45,310 bases of DNA from a virus: positions 1 to 45,310 of IMG/VR virus record IMGVR_UViG_3300045988_086497; one strand, given 5' to 3'. Every line of letters begins with the position of its first letter. Within the stretch, counting starts at the first letter, position 1. The notes beneath the pieces were generated by a model that made no database searches, was not told the DNA's origin, and was given only the letters and a program-made list of their open reading frames with translations. Shown in pieces: positions 8,398 to 19,800 of the stretch. The position numbers and the translations under genes were made by a program.

Positions 8398-9447
8398 ATG
8401 CCATTAATTTACGATACAGTTACAGCCTCAAATCTTGCAGGATACTGGAATGCACGTCAACAAGAAGTTGACTCAACGATCGGTGAGAAGTTCTTTCCAG
8501 CTCGCAAACAGCTTGGCCTTAAACTTGCACTTGTAAAAGGTTCTGCAGGTCTTCCAGTTGTTTTGAAACCATCTGCTTTTGACACTAAAGCAACACTTCG
8601 CGAACGCATGAACGTCACTCTTGACGAACAAGAAATGCCATTCTTTAAAGAATCATTGCTTGTTAAAGAACAAGATCGTCAACAATTGAATGTTATCGCT
8701 CAGACTGGTAACCAAGCGCTTGTCGACACAATTGTTTCTGGTATTTTTGACGACAATGCAGCATTACTATCTGGTGCTCACGCGCGACTCGAAGCTATGC
8801 GCATGCAAGTTCTTGCCACTGGTAAAATCGGCGTTATCTCTAACGGTGTAGCGCAAGACTTTGATTATCACGTAGATCCAGCGCACAAAGGAACAACCAA
8901 AACAGCTTGGACAGACCTAGCAACATCAACACCGCTTGCAGACATTGAAGCTGCAGTCAGCGCTTTGGCAGAACTTGGATCAACTGCAGAAGTGATTATT
9001 CTTAACTCAAAAACTTTGAGTCAAATTAAAAACGCAAAAAGTACTCTAGCTTTGATTAAACCGACTGCACCAGACGCAGCAGCGGTTAAAAAATCAGAGC
9101 TTTTTGATTATCTCGAAAGTGAACTTGGTTTGACAGTGGTTGTTAAAAACCAAACTTACAAAGACGCTGACGGTGTTGTTAAAAAATACTACCCAGACGG
9201 GCACATCACTCTTGCGCCTAACGCAGAACTTGGTGAAACAGTCTTTGGTACTACACCAGAAGAAAGCGACCTTCTTGGTGGTAGCGTAACAAACGCTAAA
9301 GTCGAAATCGTCGACACTGGTATTGCAGTAACAACAACTACTAAAACAGACCCAGTAAACGTTGAAACTAAAGTCTCAATGATTGCACTTCCATCATTTA
9401 AAAACCTCGATGACGTTTACATGTTGACAACAGTGCCAGCACTCTAA
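8398..9447 (+). CDS. Major capsid protein (gpE-like family)
   Basis: 349 aa, position after scaffold; N-terminal YWNARQQ...FFPARK pattern resembles capsid protein E family. Confidence 0.85.
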   Translation: MPLIYDTVTASNLAGYWNARQQEVDSTIGEKFFPARKQLGLKLALVKGSAGLPVVLKPSAFDTKATLRERMNVTLDEQEMPFFKESLLVKEQDRQQLNVIAQTGNQALVDTIVSGIFDDNAALLSGAHARLEAMRMQVLATGKIGVISNGVAQDFDYHVDPAHKGTTKTAWTDLATSTPLADIEAAVSALAELGSTAEVIILNSKTLSQIKNAKSTLALIKPTAPDAAAVKKSELFDYLESELGLTVVVKNQTYKDADGVVKKYYPDGHITLAPNAELGETVFGTTPEESDLLGGSVTNAKVEIVDTGIAVTTTTKTDPVNVETKVSMIALPSFKNLDDVYMLTTVPAL

Positions 9448-9462
9448 TTGTGAGGTGATAAT

Positions 9463-9615
9463 ATGGCAAAAGTTATCGCAGGTTTTCGAGACAAACTCAC
9501 TGACGTAATCTACCCAGCAGGGTCTGAATATGTTGGTGATCGTGTCGAAGAGTTAACAAAGGCAGGTTTTTTGAAAAAAGAAATCAAAGCTAAACCTAAA
9601 AAGAAAGCTGAATAG
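9463..9615 (+). CDS. Small hypothetical protein (50 aa, lysine-rich tail)
   Basis: ATG 9463 preceded by GAGGTG; below the ORF-track size cutoff; fills the capsid-connector gap. Confidence 0.5.
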   Translation: MAKVIAGFRDKLTDVIYPAGSEYVGDRVEELTKAGFLKKEIKAKPKKKAE

Positions 9616-9623
9616 AGGTGCTT

Positions 9624-9968
9624 ATGGCTGATTTTGAAGACACAGTTTTGAACAATGTTAAAGAGGACTTAGATATAAGTGACGATGTGCAAGACAGAGT
9701 ATTAAAACGATTGATTTCAAAAGTCTGTGACCATTTCAAATTGGCTTACAGTACTGATGTTATCGAAGATAAATTTAGTTTTATTATCGAAGATTGCACA
9801 ATTAAACGTTTCAACCGCAGAGGAGCTGAAGGAGCTAGCTCTGAAACGGTTGAAGGACACTCAGTATCTTATGAAGACATCAAATACGAGTTCTTGCCTT
9901 ATGACGACCTTTTACAAAAGGAATTCTCGACAGGTAAGGTGAAGAACGGAAAGGTGTTTGTATTATGA
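9624..9968 (+). CDS. Head-tail connector protein (gp6-like)
   Basis: Position and size; ATG 9624 after AGAGG (GTG 9618 is an alternative start). Confidence 0.65.
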   Translation: MADFEDTVLNNVKEDLDISDDVQDRVLKRLISKVCDHFKLAYSTDVIEDKFSFIIEDCTIKRFNRRGAEGASSETVEGHSVSYEDIKYEFLPYDDLLQKEFSTGKVKNGKVFVL

Positions 9969-10282
9969 GAGAGGCAAATAGAGCAACGCTTGTTTTAAAG
10001 GGGAGTAAACCAGCTTACAACCCAGAAACAGGCAAAGTGGACAAAGGGACGGCACAAGAAGTTGTCGTTCCTTGTTTTGTGTCTGAAATGGGACTGGAAC
10101 TTAAAAATCAACTTTTGAACAATAAACTAAATGTTGACGCTTGGATTATGCGAGTTAATAAGCCGATTGCTGGCTCTGTAGAGAGCGTAAAGCTACACGA
10201 AAAGAAATACTACATCATCAATCGCAAAACGTTTTACAAGCGACGTGAGGCTATCTATTTGAGCGAGGTTAATCACGAATGA
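9965..10282 (+). CDS. Head closure / head-tail adaptor protein
   Basis: ATGA-coupled 105 aa ORF in the connector gene block. Confidence 0.6.
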   Translation: MREANRATLVLKGSKPAYNPETGKVDKGTAQEVVVPCFVSEMGLELKNQLLNNKLNVDAWIMRVNKPIAGSVESVKLHEKKYYIINRKTFYKRREAIYLSEVNHE

Positions 10283-10629
10283 GTGTTACTTTTAGCGGTG
10301 ATCAAGAGCTATTAAATGCTCTTGAAAAAATGGCTCGTACAGAGGTTTACAAAGAGGTTGTTAAGAAAAATGGCGCAGCACTTCAAAGGACAGTTCAACG
10401 CAAAGCTGTGTTTAAAAAAGGGTATTCGACTGGAGCGACTAAGCGTTCCATCAAGCTTGATTTAGCAAGTAATGGCTTGCGTGCGGTAGTTAAAGCTAAT
10501 ACCGACTATTCTGGCTACCTTGAAGTCGGAACTCGAAAAATGGAAGCTCAACCATTTATGCAACCAGCTTTCAACGAAATACAACCAAAATTTATTGATG
10601 ATTTAAGGAGAGCAGGCATTGTCAAATAA
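10279..10629 (+). CDS. HK97 gp10-like tail component
   Basis: GATKRSIKLD...TDYSGYLEVGTRKMEAQPFMQPAF resembles the HK97 gp10 family signature. Confidence 0.7.
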   Translation: MSVTFSGDQELLNALEKMARTEVYKEVVKKNGAALQRTVQRKAVFKKGYSTGATKRSIKLDLASNGLRAVVKANTDYSGYLEVGTRKMEAQPFMQPAFNEIQPKFIDDLRRAGIVK

Positions 10630-11008
10630 ACAACCAGACCAAGAAATACACGACGAATTAATTAAACGGTCTATTGCTCTAGGTTTGCCAGCATTTCCAT
10701 TTCTGCCAGACGATAACGAGCCTTATCCGTTCATGGTCGTGGCTTACACGCAGATTATCCCACAACCAACCAAAACTCGACTGATTGGCGAGGTCACAGT
10801 TCAATGCGACATTTGGGGAACTGCAGACGACAGGAAACTTGTTTCTGATTGGATTGGCAAGCTTATGGAAGAGTTCAGCAACATTAAAAAAATAGGCAGT
10901 AGGCAATGGTTTATGGAATATGAAAGTTCCAGCCAAATTATTAAAGATAATTCAACTCCAGAACTGCTTTATCACGGCGTTTTGGACTTGAGATTTAAAT
11001 TTATTTAA
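10619..11008 (+). CDS. Tail completion / tail terminator protein
   Basis: TTG start after AAGGAG; position immediately upstream of major tail protein. Confidence 0.55.
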   Translation: MSNKQPDQEIHDELIKRSIALGLPAFPFLPDDNEPYPFMVVAYTQIIPQPTKTRLIGEVTVQCDIWGTADDRKLVSDWIGKLMEEFSNIKKIGSRQWFMEYESSSQIIKDNSTPELLYHGVLDLRFKFI

Positions 11009-11025
11009 AGGAGGAATACACGAAC

Positions 11026-11511
11026 ATGGCTAATCGTGGTAAAGATAAAATCTTGATGTTTCGCAAACTAGGCGACCGCAAAGCAGCTGCTAAACTAGCT
11101 TTGCAAACAGAACACAAATGGAAATATGAACGTAAGAATGATTCGACCGCTACTAAAGACGGCTCAATCATTTCCGACAAAGGATTGGAAGTCACTCTTT
11201 CGATCGAAGCGGTGGCGACACGAGACGAACTAAACTTGATGTTGAAAGATTCCGTTGTTAATGGCCACAAGCTTGAAGTCTGGGAAATCGACCTCGCAGG
11301 CGATAAGCAAGAAAATAAATACCCAGCGCTTTATGCTCAAGGTTCGCTCAATTCTTGGGAAGTGCCAGAAAACGTTGAAGACCTTGAAACAGTCTCAACA
11401 GAAATGGCAATCGAAGGAAAACCAGTTACAGGTTACGCAACGCTTTCAGATGCGCAAATTGCAGAAATCAATTACGCATTTACTGACACTACTGAAATCG
11501 CTGGCGGATAA
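11026..11511 (+). CDS. Major tail protein (phi13-like)
   Basis: 161 aa, N-terminal MANRGKDKILMFRKL; followed by a terminator-like hairpin as often seen after abundant structural genes. Confidence 0.8.
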   Translation: MANRGKDKILMFRKLGDRKAAAKLALQTEHKWKYERKNDSTATKDGSIISDKGLEVTLSIEAVATRDELNLMLKDSVVNGHKLEVWEIDLAGDKQENKYPALYAQGSLNSWEVPENVEDLETVSTEMAIEGKPVTGYATLSDAQIAEINYAFTDTTEIAGG

Positions 11512-11523
11512 TTATTAGGAGTT

Positions 11524-11549
11524 AGGGGCTAAACAGCCCCTTATTTTTT
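11524..11549 (+). terminator. Hairpin / partial terminator after major tail gene
   Basis: AGGGGCT-AAAC-AGCCCCT followed by a T-rich run. Confidence 0.6.
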
Positions 11550-11569
11550 AGGTAAGGAGTACAAATATA

Positions 11570-11923
11570 ATGAAATCACTTGAAATCAATGGCAAAGAAT
11601 ATGATTTGCATTTTGGTATTGACTTTATTCGTGAAATGGATAAACGTTACCAAATCACGAACGAGGCGGGGGCTACTTTTGGCATGGGCTTGTCTAGCGC
11701 TGTCATTTACATTCAAGACAAGAACCCAGTTATTTTGGCAGATATTATTTTGTCAGCAACACATACACTGAAACAGATTCCACGCTTGGCAGATATTGAG
11801 GCATGGCTCGAAAGTCAAGAAGACTTGGATAAAGTGTTTGATGATTTTTTATCAGCATTAGCAACTGCACCGTTGACGAAATCAAAAGTCAAAGAGATGT
11901 TAACAGCAGTAGCAGAGGCTTAA
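11570..11923 (+). CDS. Tail assembly chaperone (gpG-like)
   Basis: Position between major tail and tape measure genes; contains slippery T_TTT_TTA at 11845-11851. Confidence 0.7.
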   Translation: MKSLEINGKEYDLHFGIDFIREMDKRYQITNEAGATFGMGLSSAVIYIQDKNPVILADIILSATHTLKQIPRLADIEAWLESQEDLDKVFDDFLSALATAPLTKSKVKEMLTAVAEA

Positions 11924-11970
11924 GCAACAAAACAACGTTAGCAAATAGCAGCAAGGAAGTATACGAAGAC

Positions 11971-12315
11971 ATGCTTGCTTCTGCTATTGGTTTATACGGC
12001 GTTAGCTCACTAACTGAAGCCAAACGCATGACCATCGAAGAGTTTAACGTGCGCAAGCGGGGCTACTTAATGCGACGATTGGACAGAGAGCGTGAGTTAT
12101 ATTTGCAAGCCTACCTGAACAGATTAATCAAAGCCGCGGATGAGAGTGGCAAGCAATACGTGTATGCCAAGTTTGAAGATTTTTACAACGAGGCAAAACA
12201 ACGAAACGCCGTGCTCGGAAACGGTCACGGAAACGCGGTAAACAGCGATTTAGTAGCAATCGCTAAACGCCGTCAAAAATATCTAAAAAAGGAGGTGGCA
12301 GATAATGGCAAGTAA
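11971..12315 (+). CDS. Tail assembly chaperone, gpT-like part (probably made as a -1 frameshift fusion with 11570..)
   Basis: The frame is -1 relative to the upstream gene and is open from exactly 11845 to 12315. Confidence 0.55.
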   Translation: MLASAIGLYGVSSLTEAKRMTIEEFNVRKRGYLMRRLDRERELYLQAYLNRLIKAADESGKQYVYAKFEDFYNEAKQRNAVLGNGHGNAVNSDLVAIAKRRQKYLKKEVADNGK

Positions 12316-15300
12316 CTCTTATACTGTCGAGGCAGTTCTTAAAGCGGACACGTCCAATTTTACAAGCAACTTAGACAGAGCTAGCAGTTCTTTTAAGACG
12401 TTTACCAGCAACGCAAAAGACAAACTAGGCGCGATAAGCGATAACTTCGAAAAAGTCGGAAACTCGATGACCAAGAAACTAACCGTGCCGATAATGGCAG
12501 GACTAGGAGCTTCGGTTAAAACGTTTACGACTTTCGACGATTCAATGCGCAAGGTCGCAGCGACGTCTGGCATAGCGGCTGATTCATCTAGTAAAGCTTA
12601 CATGCAAATGCGCAAGCAAGCGCAAGACTTGGGAGCGACAACGCGATACAGCGCCTCTGAAGTTGCTGAAGGTATGAACTATATGGCGATGGCTGGTTGG
12701 AGTGCTGAACAAACTATGGCGGGTATTCCTGCTGTCTTAGATTTAGCGGCTGCCTCTGGTGAAAATCTCGGAACAACTTCTGATATTGTAACCGATGCCA
12801 TGACTGCGTTTGGTATGCAAGCCGAACAAGCGGGCGAATTCGCTGACATTTTAGCAGCGGCAAGTTCAAATGCCAACACTAACGTTTCAATGCTTGGTGA
12901 CACTTTTAAATATGTGGCACCAGTAGCTGGTTCACTTGGATTCAACGCAAAAGATACCGCTATAGCTATTGGATTGATGGCAAACAGTGGTATTAAAGGT
13001 TCTCAAGCTGGTACTGCTTTGCGCGCTGGTTTGGTTAACTTAGTTAACCCTTCAGAAGCTGCGCAAAAAGCTATGGATTCATTAGGTATTTCTGTAACAG
13101 ATAGTGAAGGGAACATGAAGAGTTTCCGAACTATCATGGGCGATTTACGTGAAAAAATGGGCGGTCTTTCAGAGGCCCAAAAAGCGTCTGCAGCTGCAAC
13201 CATCTTCGGTAAGGAAGCGATGTCTGGTTGGCTTGCTATTATTAACTCATCAGACAAAGATTTTAACAAGCTAACTAATGCTATTGATAATTCTCAAGGT
13301 GCCACTAAACGAATGGTTAACACCATGGAGGGTGGCATAGGTGGTTCATTCCGTAACTTAAAATCTGCCGTTGAAGGTCTTGGTATTGCGTTAGGTGAAC
13401 GCTTAGCACCGTACATTCAAAAAGCTGCTAAGTACATCACTGATTTAGCTCAAAAGTTTAAGGCTTTATCCCCAGCTCAGCAAGACACGATCATTAAAAT
13501 CGCCTTAGTTGTCGCTGCGATTGGGCCTTTGCTAATTGCTATTGGTAAAGTCTTTAAGGCTATAAAAACTGTAATTACAGTAGTTCAGTTATTGGCTAGC
13601 CCATTCGGTATCGCTGTGGTTGCTATTGCTGCTGCAGTAGCGGCATTCATTTACTTTTACACACATTCTGAAAAATTCAGAACGACCGTTAACAACGCTA
13701 TTAAAGGTGCAATCAAAGCGTGGAATAGTCTAAAAGCTGCGTGGAGCACAGCAAGGGAATGGGTGAGCGGTGTTTGGAACGGAATGAGAGAAGCTGTCAG
13801 CAATGCAATCGAGCGTATTAAAGCAACGTGGAGTGGCATTAAAGAAAACTTTACGAACGCTTGGAACGGCATTACTGAATGGTTCTCTAATCTCTGGAAC
13901 GGAATTAAACAGGCGCCGTCAAATGCTGTGGAGAGCATTAAAAATATGTGGTCTAACGTCAGAGAATTCTTTGCAAATCTTTGGAACGGAATCACGCAAA
14001 TTTTTAGCACAGTTTGGCAAACGATTCAGGCTACTGTATTACCTATTATTCAACCGTTTATCGACATCATGCTTAATTACTGGCGAAACTTATCAACGGC
14101 GTTTTCTCAAATCTGGGACGGTGTTAAGCAAGTTTTCCAAGGCGCGTGGGAAATGATTAAAGCTATCGTCATGGGTCCAGTGTTGATTATTTGTGATTTA
14201 ATCACAGGTAATTTTGGCAAGGTCGGTTCAGACTTGCAGTTGATTTGGCAAAGTATCACAGCAGGCGTAAGCATGGCGTGGAATGGCCTTCTCGGAATCC
14301 TTTCAGGAATTTGGAACGCTATTCTTGCTGCAGGCCAAGTAACATGGCAAATGCTGTCAACGGCTGTAGTAACCATCGTTGATGGTCTTGTTTCTGGCGT
14401 TGTTGGCTTGTGGAACGGTCTACAAAGTGCTGTAGTTTCGATTGCTAACGCGATTAAAAATGGAGCTGTTTCTGCTTGGAATGGTTTAACTAGCGGCGTT
14501 TCTAGTCTTGTTTCTAACCTTGTCGGTACAGTCACTGGCTTATGGAATGGATTACGCAGCAGTGTCATAAGCATAGCTCGAGGTCTTGTTTCTGGCGCAG
14601 TTAGTGCGTTTAACGGACTAGTTAGTGGTGTTAGCTCGATTGTTAGCTCTGTTCGAGGCGTTTTAAATGGTCTTGCTAACATCAATTTGGCTGGTGCAGG
14701 TCAAGCTATCATGAATGGCTTTTTGGGTGGCTTAAAATCTGCTTGGGGCGCTGTTCAAAACTTTGTCGGTGGTATCGCCGATTGGATTCGCGCTCACAAA
14801 GGGCCTATTAGCTATGACCGAGTGCTTTTGAGGCCTGCAGGTCAAGCAATTATGCAAGGTCTAAACGAAGGTTTGAATAATATGTTTGGGCAAGTCCAAA
14901 ATACTGTTCGCAATGTGACAGCAATCTTCGAGGACTTCAATCCTACTCAGACGGTTACGCTTGGTGTTGAAAGTAACACGAAGGCAATCACTGACAATAT
15001 TCAAGATTTCCAATCGCAGTTGCGTAGCAATATTGCTGATTTTAACGCGCAAATCGCTGACATGATGACGAATAATTACAGCTATCAATTTGAATATGGT
15101 AAGTACTCAAACAATATCGAAGTCACTTACAAGAATCAAGAAGGCGAAAAACTAGAAGTTATCAAAGAAGCTTTAGCTACTGTTCGTAGCGCTGTGTCTC
15201 GTGACACTGTTCTTAATATTAACGGGCGAGAATTTGCTCGTGCGACAGGTGACGATACTAGTGCTTATCAAAATAATAAACAACACATCGAAAACTTAGT

Positions 15301-15322
15301 TTGGGGGATAAAAGATGTCTAA
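12305..15322 (+). CDS. Tape measure protein
   Basis: 1005 aa, central hydrophobic segment, long array of W/F-containing repeats (WNG...), position after chaperones. Confidence 0.9.
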   Translation: MASNSYTVEAVLKADTSNFTSNLDRASSSFKTFTSNAKDKLGAISDNFEKVGNSMTKKLTVPIMAGLGASVKTFTTFDDSMRKVAATSGIAADSSSKAYMQMRKQAQDLGATTRYSASEVAEGMNYMAMAGWSAEQTMAGIPAVLDLAAASGENLGTTSDIVTDAMTAFGMQAEQAGEFADILAAASSNANTNVSMLGDTFKYVAPVAGSLGFNAKDTAIAIGLMANSGIKGSQAGTALRAGLVNLVNPSEAAQKAMDSLGISVTDSEGNMKSFRTIMGDLREKMGGLSEAQKASAAATIFGKEAMSGWLAIINSSDKDFNKLTNAIDNSQGATKRMVNTMEGGIGGSFRNLKSAVEGLGIALGERLAPYIQKAAKYITDLAQKFKALSPAQQDTIIKIALVVAAIGPLLIAIGKVFKAIKTVITVVQLLASPFGIAVVAIAAAVAAFIYFYTHSEKFRTTVNNAIKGAIKAWNSLKAAWSTAREWVSGVWNGMREAVSNAIERIKATWSGIKENFTNAWNGITEWFSNLWNGIKQAPSNAVESIKNMWSNVREFFANLWNGITQIFSTVWQTIQATVLPIIQPFIDIMLNYWRNLSTAFSQIWDGVKQVFQGAWEMIKAIVMGPVLIICDLITGNFGKVGSDLQLIWQSITAGVSMAWNGLLGILSGIWNAILAAGQVTWQMLSTAVVTIVDGLVSGVVGLWNGLQSAVVSIANAIKNGAVSAWNGLTSGVSSLVSNLVGTVTGLWNGLRSSVISIARGLVSGAVSAFNGLVSGVSSIVSSVRGVLNGLANINLAGAGQAIMNGFLGGLKSAWGAVQNFVGGIADWIRAHKGPISYDRVLLRPAGQAIMQGLNEGLNNMFGQVQNTVRNVTAIFEDFNPTQTVTLGVESNTKAITDNIQDFQSQLRSNIADFNAQIADMMTNNYSYQFEYGKYSNNIEVTYKNQEGEKLEVIKEALATVRSAVSRDTVLNINGREFARATGDDTSAYQNNKQHIENLVWGIKDV

Positions 15323-16871
15323 TTTTACATTCAAAGGCGTTGATTTATCGCCTTTTTTAGATGTTCTAGAAATTAATCGCACAGTCGGAAATGAGCGAAC
15401 GTTAACAACCGAAGATTTGATTGAAACAGGGGTCGAACTTCAACAGGTTTCATATGGTGCTAAGACCATAAAAGTTAAAGTCGCTCTAGCTTCTAGAGCT
15501 ATACCAGCCACGACTTTCGTTGATACAATCGAATATCCGACGACTAGCAACAATAACATTAACACTCTAAGAGAGCATGTTGCTATGTTGCTTCGTGCAA
15601 AAGAACCTTATAAGCTTGAACTGCCAGACGAGCCTAACCGCTTTTATATGGCTTTGCCTACAGGGAATATTGAACTTGACGGTATTTCTGATTGGTACGA
15701 CGAAACAACGATTGAGTTTTTTGTTCCTGATGGGTTAGCACATACCAACAGTACACGAGAGTTCCAATTTGCTAAGAATTCGGATGGTGTTTGGGAAACT
15801 GAAATTGTAAATGACGGTGGCGAAGATGTCACAGTCGATTATGAAATCAAGCTCAAGAAAGAGTCTGGTTTCGTTGGCATTGTGAGCGAATACGGTGCTA
15901 TGCAGTATGGGAAGATTGATGAACTTGACGGTTACATTGACCAGAAAAACGTCATTTTGCATGAAAATAAAAACGGTGATTTTGATGAATGGGTTGATGG
16001 CACTGTCAATTATGAAAACTCTCAAAAAATTATCAATACTAAAATGGGCGCTGATAAAGCGTATGGTGGGCGCTTGGGAACTTTGCTAGCGTTTTCTACC
16101 AGCGGAACATCTGGCGCTTATCAATATGGGGCGATTAAGGAATTAGAACTATCAGAAACAGCTCAAAATTGGTACATTTGGGCACGAGCTTGGTTTGAAA
16201 CTGGTTTAGACGGTCAAACTGGAGCTTGGTGTCTATCTGTAATCGATGAAAATAACCATTTTATCGCAGGCATGGCAATTGAGAAGAACGACACAATTGG
16301 AAATACTGCTCAGATTCGATTCTTGGTTGGCGACGGTGCAGGTGGCAGTCGAGTAGTTGATCCAACATTTAGCTTTACACCGTCATGTTGGTTCCCGCCA
16401 AACCCATACAGTTCAGAGGGACGTCAGGAAAACAAAGATGCGAATATGTTCGACATTTTAAAAGACAGTGAAACAATTGGCTTTTACTGGTACGGTTCAC
16501 GTTTTAACGTAAAAGAGCCGAGATTGAAAAATACCAAAGCTAAGAAAGTTCAATTCTTTGTCGGGCAATATGCAGGCAGAAATACAACAGACAGAATAGT
16601 GACGCTTCACTCGCTGAATTATTTCAGATTCGAAAAACTTCATGTGGATTATTGGAAAGATATTCCAAATCGTTATCGAGCTGGGTCAACGATAAAAATT
16701 GACGGTGCTAACGGTCAATTCTTTGTTAACAACCAACGAAAACAAGAAGATGAAATCCTTGGAACTGCCTATTTCAAAGCTCCACCGGGGAAGACGAAAG
16801 TTCGATTGTTAGTATCCAGCTTCGCAGAAGTTGAAAGTGCGAAAGCGACTATTGAGGAGGCTTATATTTAA
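15315..16871 (+). CDS. Distal tail protein (Dit), enlarged form with inserted domain
   Basis: First gene after the tape measure; 518 aa, roughly twice classical Dit size. Confidence 0.75.
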   Translation: MSNFTFKGVDLSPFLDVLEINRTVGNERTLTTEDLIETGVELQQVSYGAKTIKVKVALASRAIPATTFVDTIEYPTTSNNNINTLREHVAMLLRAKEPYKLELPDEPNRFYMALPTGNIELDGISDWYDETTIEFFVPDGLAHTNSTREFQFAKNSDGVWETEIVNDGGEDVTVDYEIKLKKESGFVGIVSEYGAMQYGKIDELDGYIDQKNVILHENKNGDFDEWVDGTVNYENSQKIINTKMGADKAYGGRLGTLLAFSTSGTSGAYQYGAIKELELSETAQNWYIWARAWFETGLDGQTGAWCLSVIDENNHFIAGMAIEKNDTIGNTAQIRFLVGDGAGGSRVVDPTFSFTPSCWFPPNPYSSEGRQENKDANMFDILKDSETIGFYWYGSRFNVKEPRLKNTKAKKVQFFVGQYAGRNTTDRIVTLHSLNYFRFEKLHVDYWKDIPNRYRAGSTIKIDGANGQFFVNNQRKQEDEILGTAYFKAPPGKTKVRLLVSSFAEVESAKATIEEAYI

Positions 16872-19800
16872 TGAATAATGTACGCATTGCCATTCGTGAT
16901 TCAACAGACAGCCATAACGTGGCTTTCTTTGATAATCAGGCAGGAATCAAATATAAGAGTGCTAATCTGCAACGTTTCTTAGCAGGTTCGGCAAGTATTT
17001 TAACGCTTAAATACAATTCAAAAGACATCGACACAATCCGCACAGGTTGCAAGCTTGCTTTTCGATATAAGAATCGTGATTACTGGCTTAACATCATGCG
17101 GTTTGAAAAACAAGGTTTTGAAGTTGAAATTACTGCTTACTCTTTGAATCTAGAGTTGAATAACGAAGAACGAGGAGTGCACAAGCCAGATAAAGCAATG
17201 TCGTTCGCTGAATACTTAGCTTATTACGACCCAGAAGGCTCGTTAACGCTCGGTGTTAACCAAGTGTCAGATAAGAAGATTAAGTTAGAATGGACGGGCA
17301 CAGACACGATTCTGGCACGTCTGTTTTCTATTGCTAATAGCTTTGACGCAGAGCTTGAATTTGTCACAGAACTGAACGATGACTATTCTTTGAAACGTCA
17401 TGTCTTGAATGTCTACAAGAAAGGTAATCTTGGCTCAAATAAGACAAGCACGCCTGTTCGAGTTGGGAAAGAGCTCAAAGTTATCAATTATAGCGACAAC
17501 ACAGAAGAATTGAGAACTGCTGTCAGAGCTACTGGTAAAGACGGTTTAACTATCGATGGATTGAATAAGAAAATCTACGACGATAATAAAGAGCTTCTTT
17601 ATTATTCAAGCGGTATGACAGTTTATGCGCCACAATCTCGTGACCGCTTTCCATCTGTCGGCAAAGGCTCAAATGACAACTGGATTGTTAAAGATTTGGG
17701 TGAAACACAGTACGAGACCAAAGAAGCGCTCTGGGGCTATATGTATGGAGAAATCCAAAAAATATCTGTGCCAGAAATCACCTACGAAGTCGAAGGTGCT
17801 ATAGATGCCGGCATCGGCGACACGCAAATATTAGTCGACGATAAGCACTTTGAACCAGCGCTTTATGTGCAAGCTCGGGTGTCTGAACTTGAAGATAACA
17901 TTTTGACAGGTAAAGTGACGAAGTCAACGTTTATTAATTTTGAACGCAAATACAGTCAGATTGCTGACAGCTTATTGAAACAGGTTGAAGCGCTCGCAGA
18001 GGACGCAGCGCCTTACATCGTCCGTTTGTCAACCGATAATGGCTACAATTTTAAAAACGGTCAAGGTACAAGCACAATCACAGCTAAACTCGAGAAGTAT
18101 AACAAGATTGTTAATGCAAAATGGAAATGGCTTATCAATAACAGCATTGTCAGCGAGACTTCAAGCGTTAAAATCAACGCTAGTCAAGTTACTGGTACGT
18201 TGAATGTGGTAGCAGTTGCAATTGTTGGCGGGAATGAAGTAGCTCGTGAATATATCACATTCACCAATTCTGATGACGGTGTCGGTATTAAATCAATCAA
18301 ACGTTATTACACGACTAACGACAAAGCAGAGGGTGTCACGGCTGGCGGTCAAAACTGGTCTACCAAACCAACGACTGTCACAACAGACAAAAAATATATG
18401 TGGTCTTATGATGTCATTACGTACACGAATGACACAAGTCTTGTCACAAATCCTGCAGTTATCGGTGCTCGTGGTGACGACGGTTTAGATGCTGATACAA
18501 CAGGCATCACAGAAGCGCTTGACAAAGCTAAGCAAGAATTGACTGTTTTATCAGCGAATATCGAAAAAGTGCGAAATGATTCGCTTGCAGCAGTCGAAGA
18601 AGCCAACCAGCAACTTACCGCAGTAGCTAATGATTTGTCTAAAGCAAAAACAGACTTGCAAAATGCAGTTAGCGCAGTTGACACGAAAGCTACTAATTTG
18701 CAAAGTGATGTATCAAATCTCAATACAAGTTTGTCTAACACAGCTAAAGCGTTGCAGACACAAGGCACGACATTAGCCAATCAAGCTAAAGAGTTACAGA
18801 CACAAGCTAGTCAGTTAACGGAGCAAGCAAAAGCGCAAGAGACGTTAACTACACGAGTAGAAAATGTTGAGACTACTGCTAACGGCACTAAGACGACAGT
18901 CAGCGAATTAAGTAAAACAGTTACTCAAAATGGCAAAGACATCACAAGTGTGTCGAACCGTACTAAGACGGTTGAAACTGGTTTAACTAGTGCTAAAACG
19001 TCAATTAGTGAACTACAAACAAGTGTATCAACAGCTCAAACTGATTTAACGAATCTGACTAAGCGAACTAAGACAGTTGAAGATGACTTATCAGGAACTA
19101 AAACCAGTCTTAGTGAGTTAACCCAAACTGTTTCAAGTGATGGCAAGACGATTGCTAGTCTAACCAGTCGAACTAAAACGGTAGAGGACGGTGTAAGTGG
19201 TCTTAAAACCACGATGTCAAGCGTGCAGAAAGATTTAACTGCTGTTACAACTCGGACTAAAACGGTTGAAGATGACTTGGCAGGAACTAAAACAATGCTA
19301 TCACAAGTTCAAACGACTGCTAATAGCACCAGCCAAAAAACAGCTACTTTAGAAACTGGTTTGAATGGGCTTAATGCGAAGTTTGATAGTTTAAATGTTG
19401 GTAATAAGAACTATTTACCAACATCACGAGTAATCAATTGTGGCTGCACTAACTTTAAATATAACGAATCATCGAAGAGCTGGACAATGACAGTACCGGC
19501 TGGCGCTACACGCTTTGGTAAAGGTATCACGTTCAACACAAGTGGTCTTAATATTCTCTTAAACGGCGGTGAAACGTTATTTTTCGGTTTGATGATAAAA
19601 GCAAATAAAGCATGTTCGTTCAACTACGACATCAATAATTATTTGTCTGGTACAACATCAAATGATAACGACGATAGAAGTAAGCAATCGTGGTCGCCGA
19701 CTAGTAAAAGTATTCCTCCTAATGTTTGGACGAGAGTGTGGTTTAGCTATACTGCTGAAGCTAACGTGCCAATTACAGAAGCTAATTCTAGTTTCGGTAT

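Noticed and set aside
12319-15088. Several 75-192-aa minus-strand and off-frame ORFs inside the tape measure gene
   Set aside because: They are shadow ORFs generated by the repetitive, codon-biased tape measure sequence. They have no RBS and lie fully inside a confident long gene.
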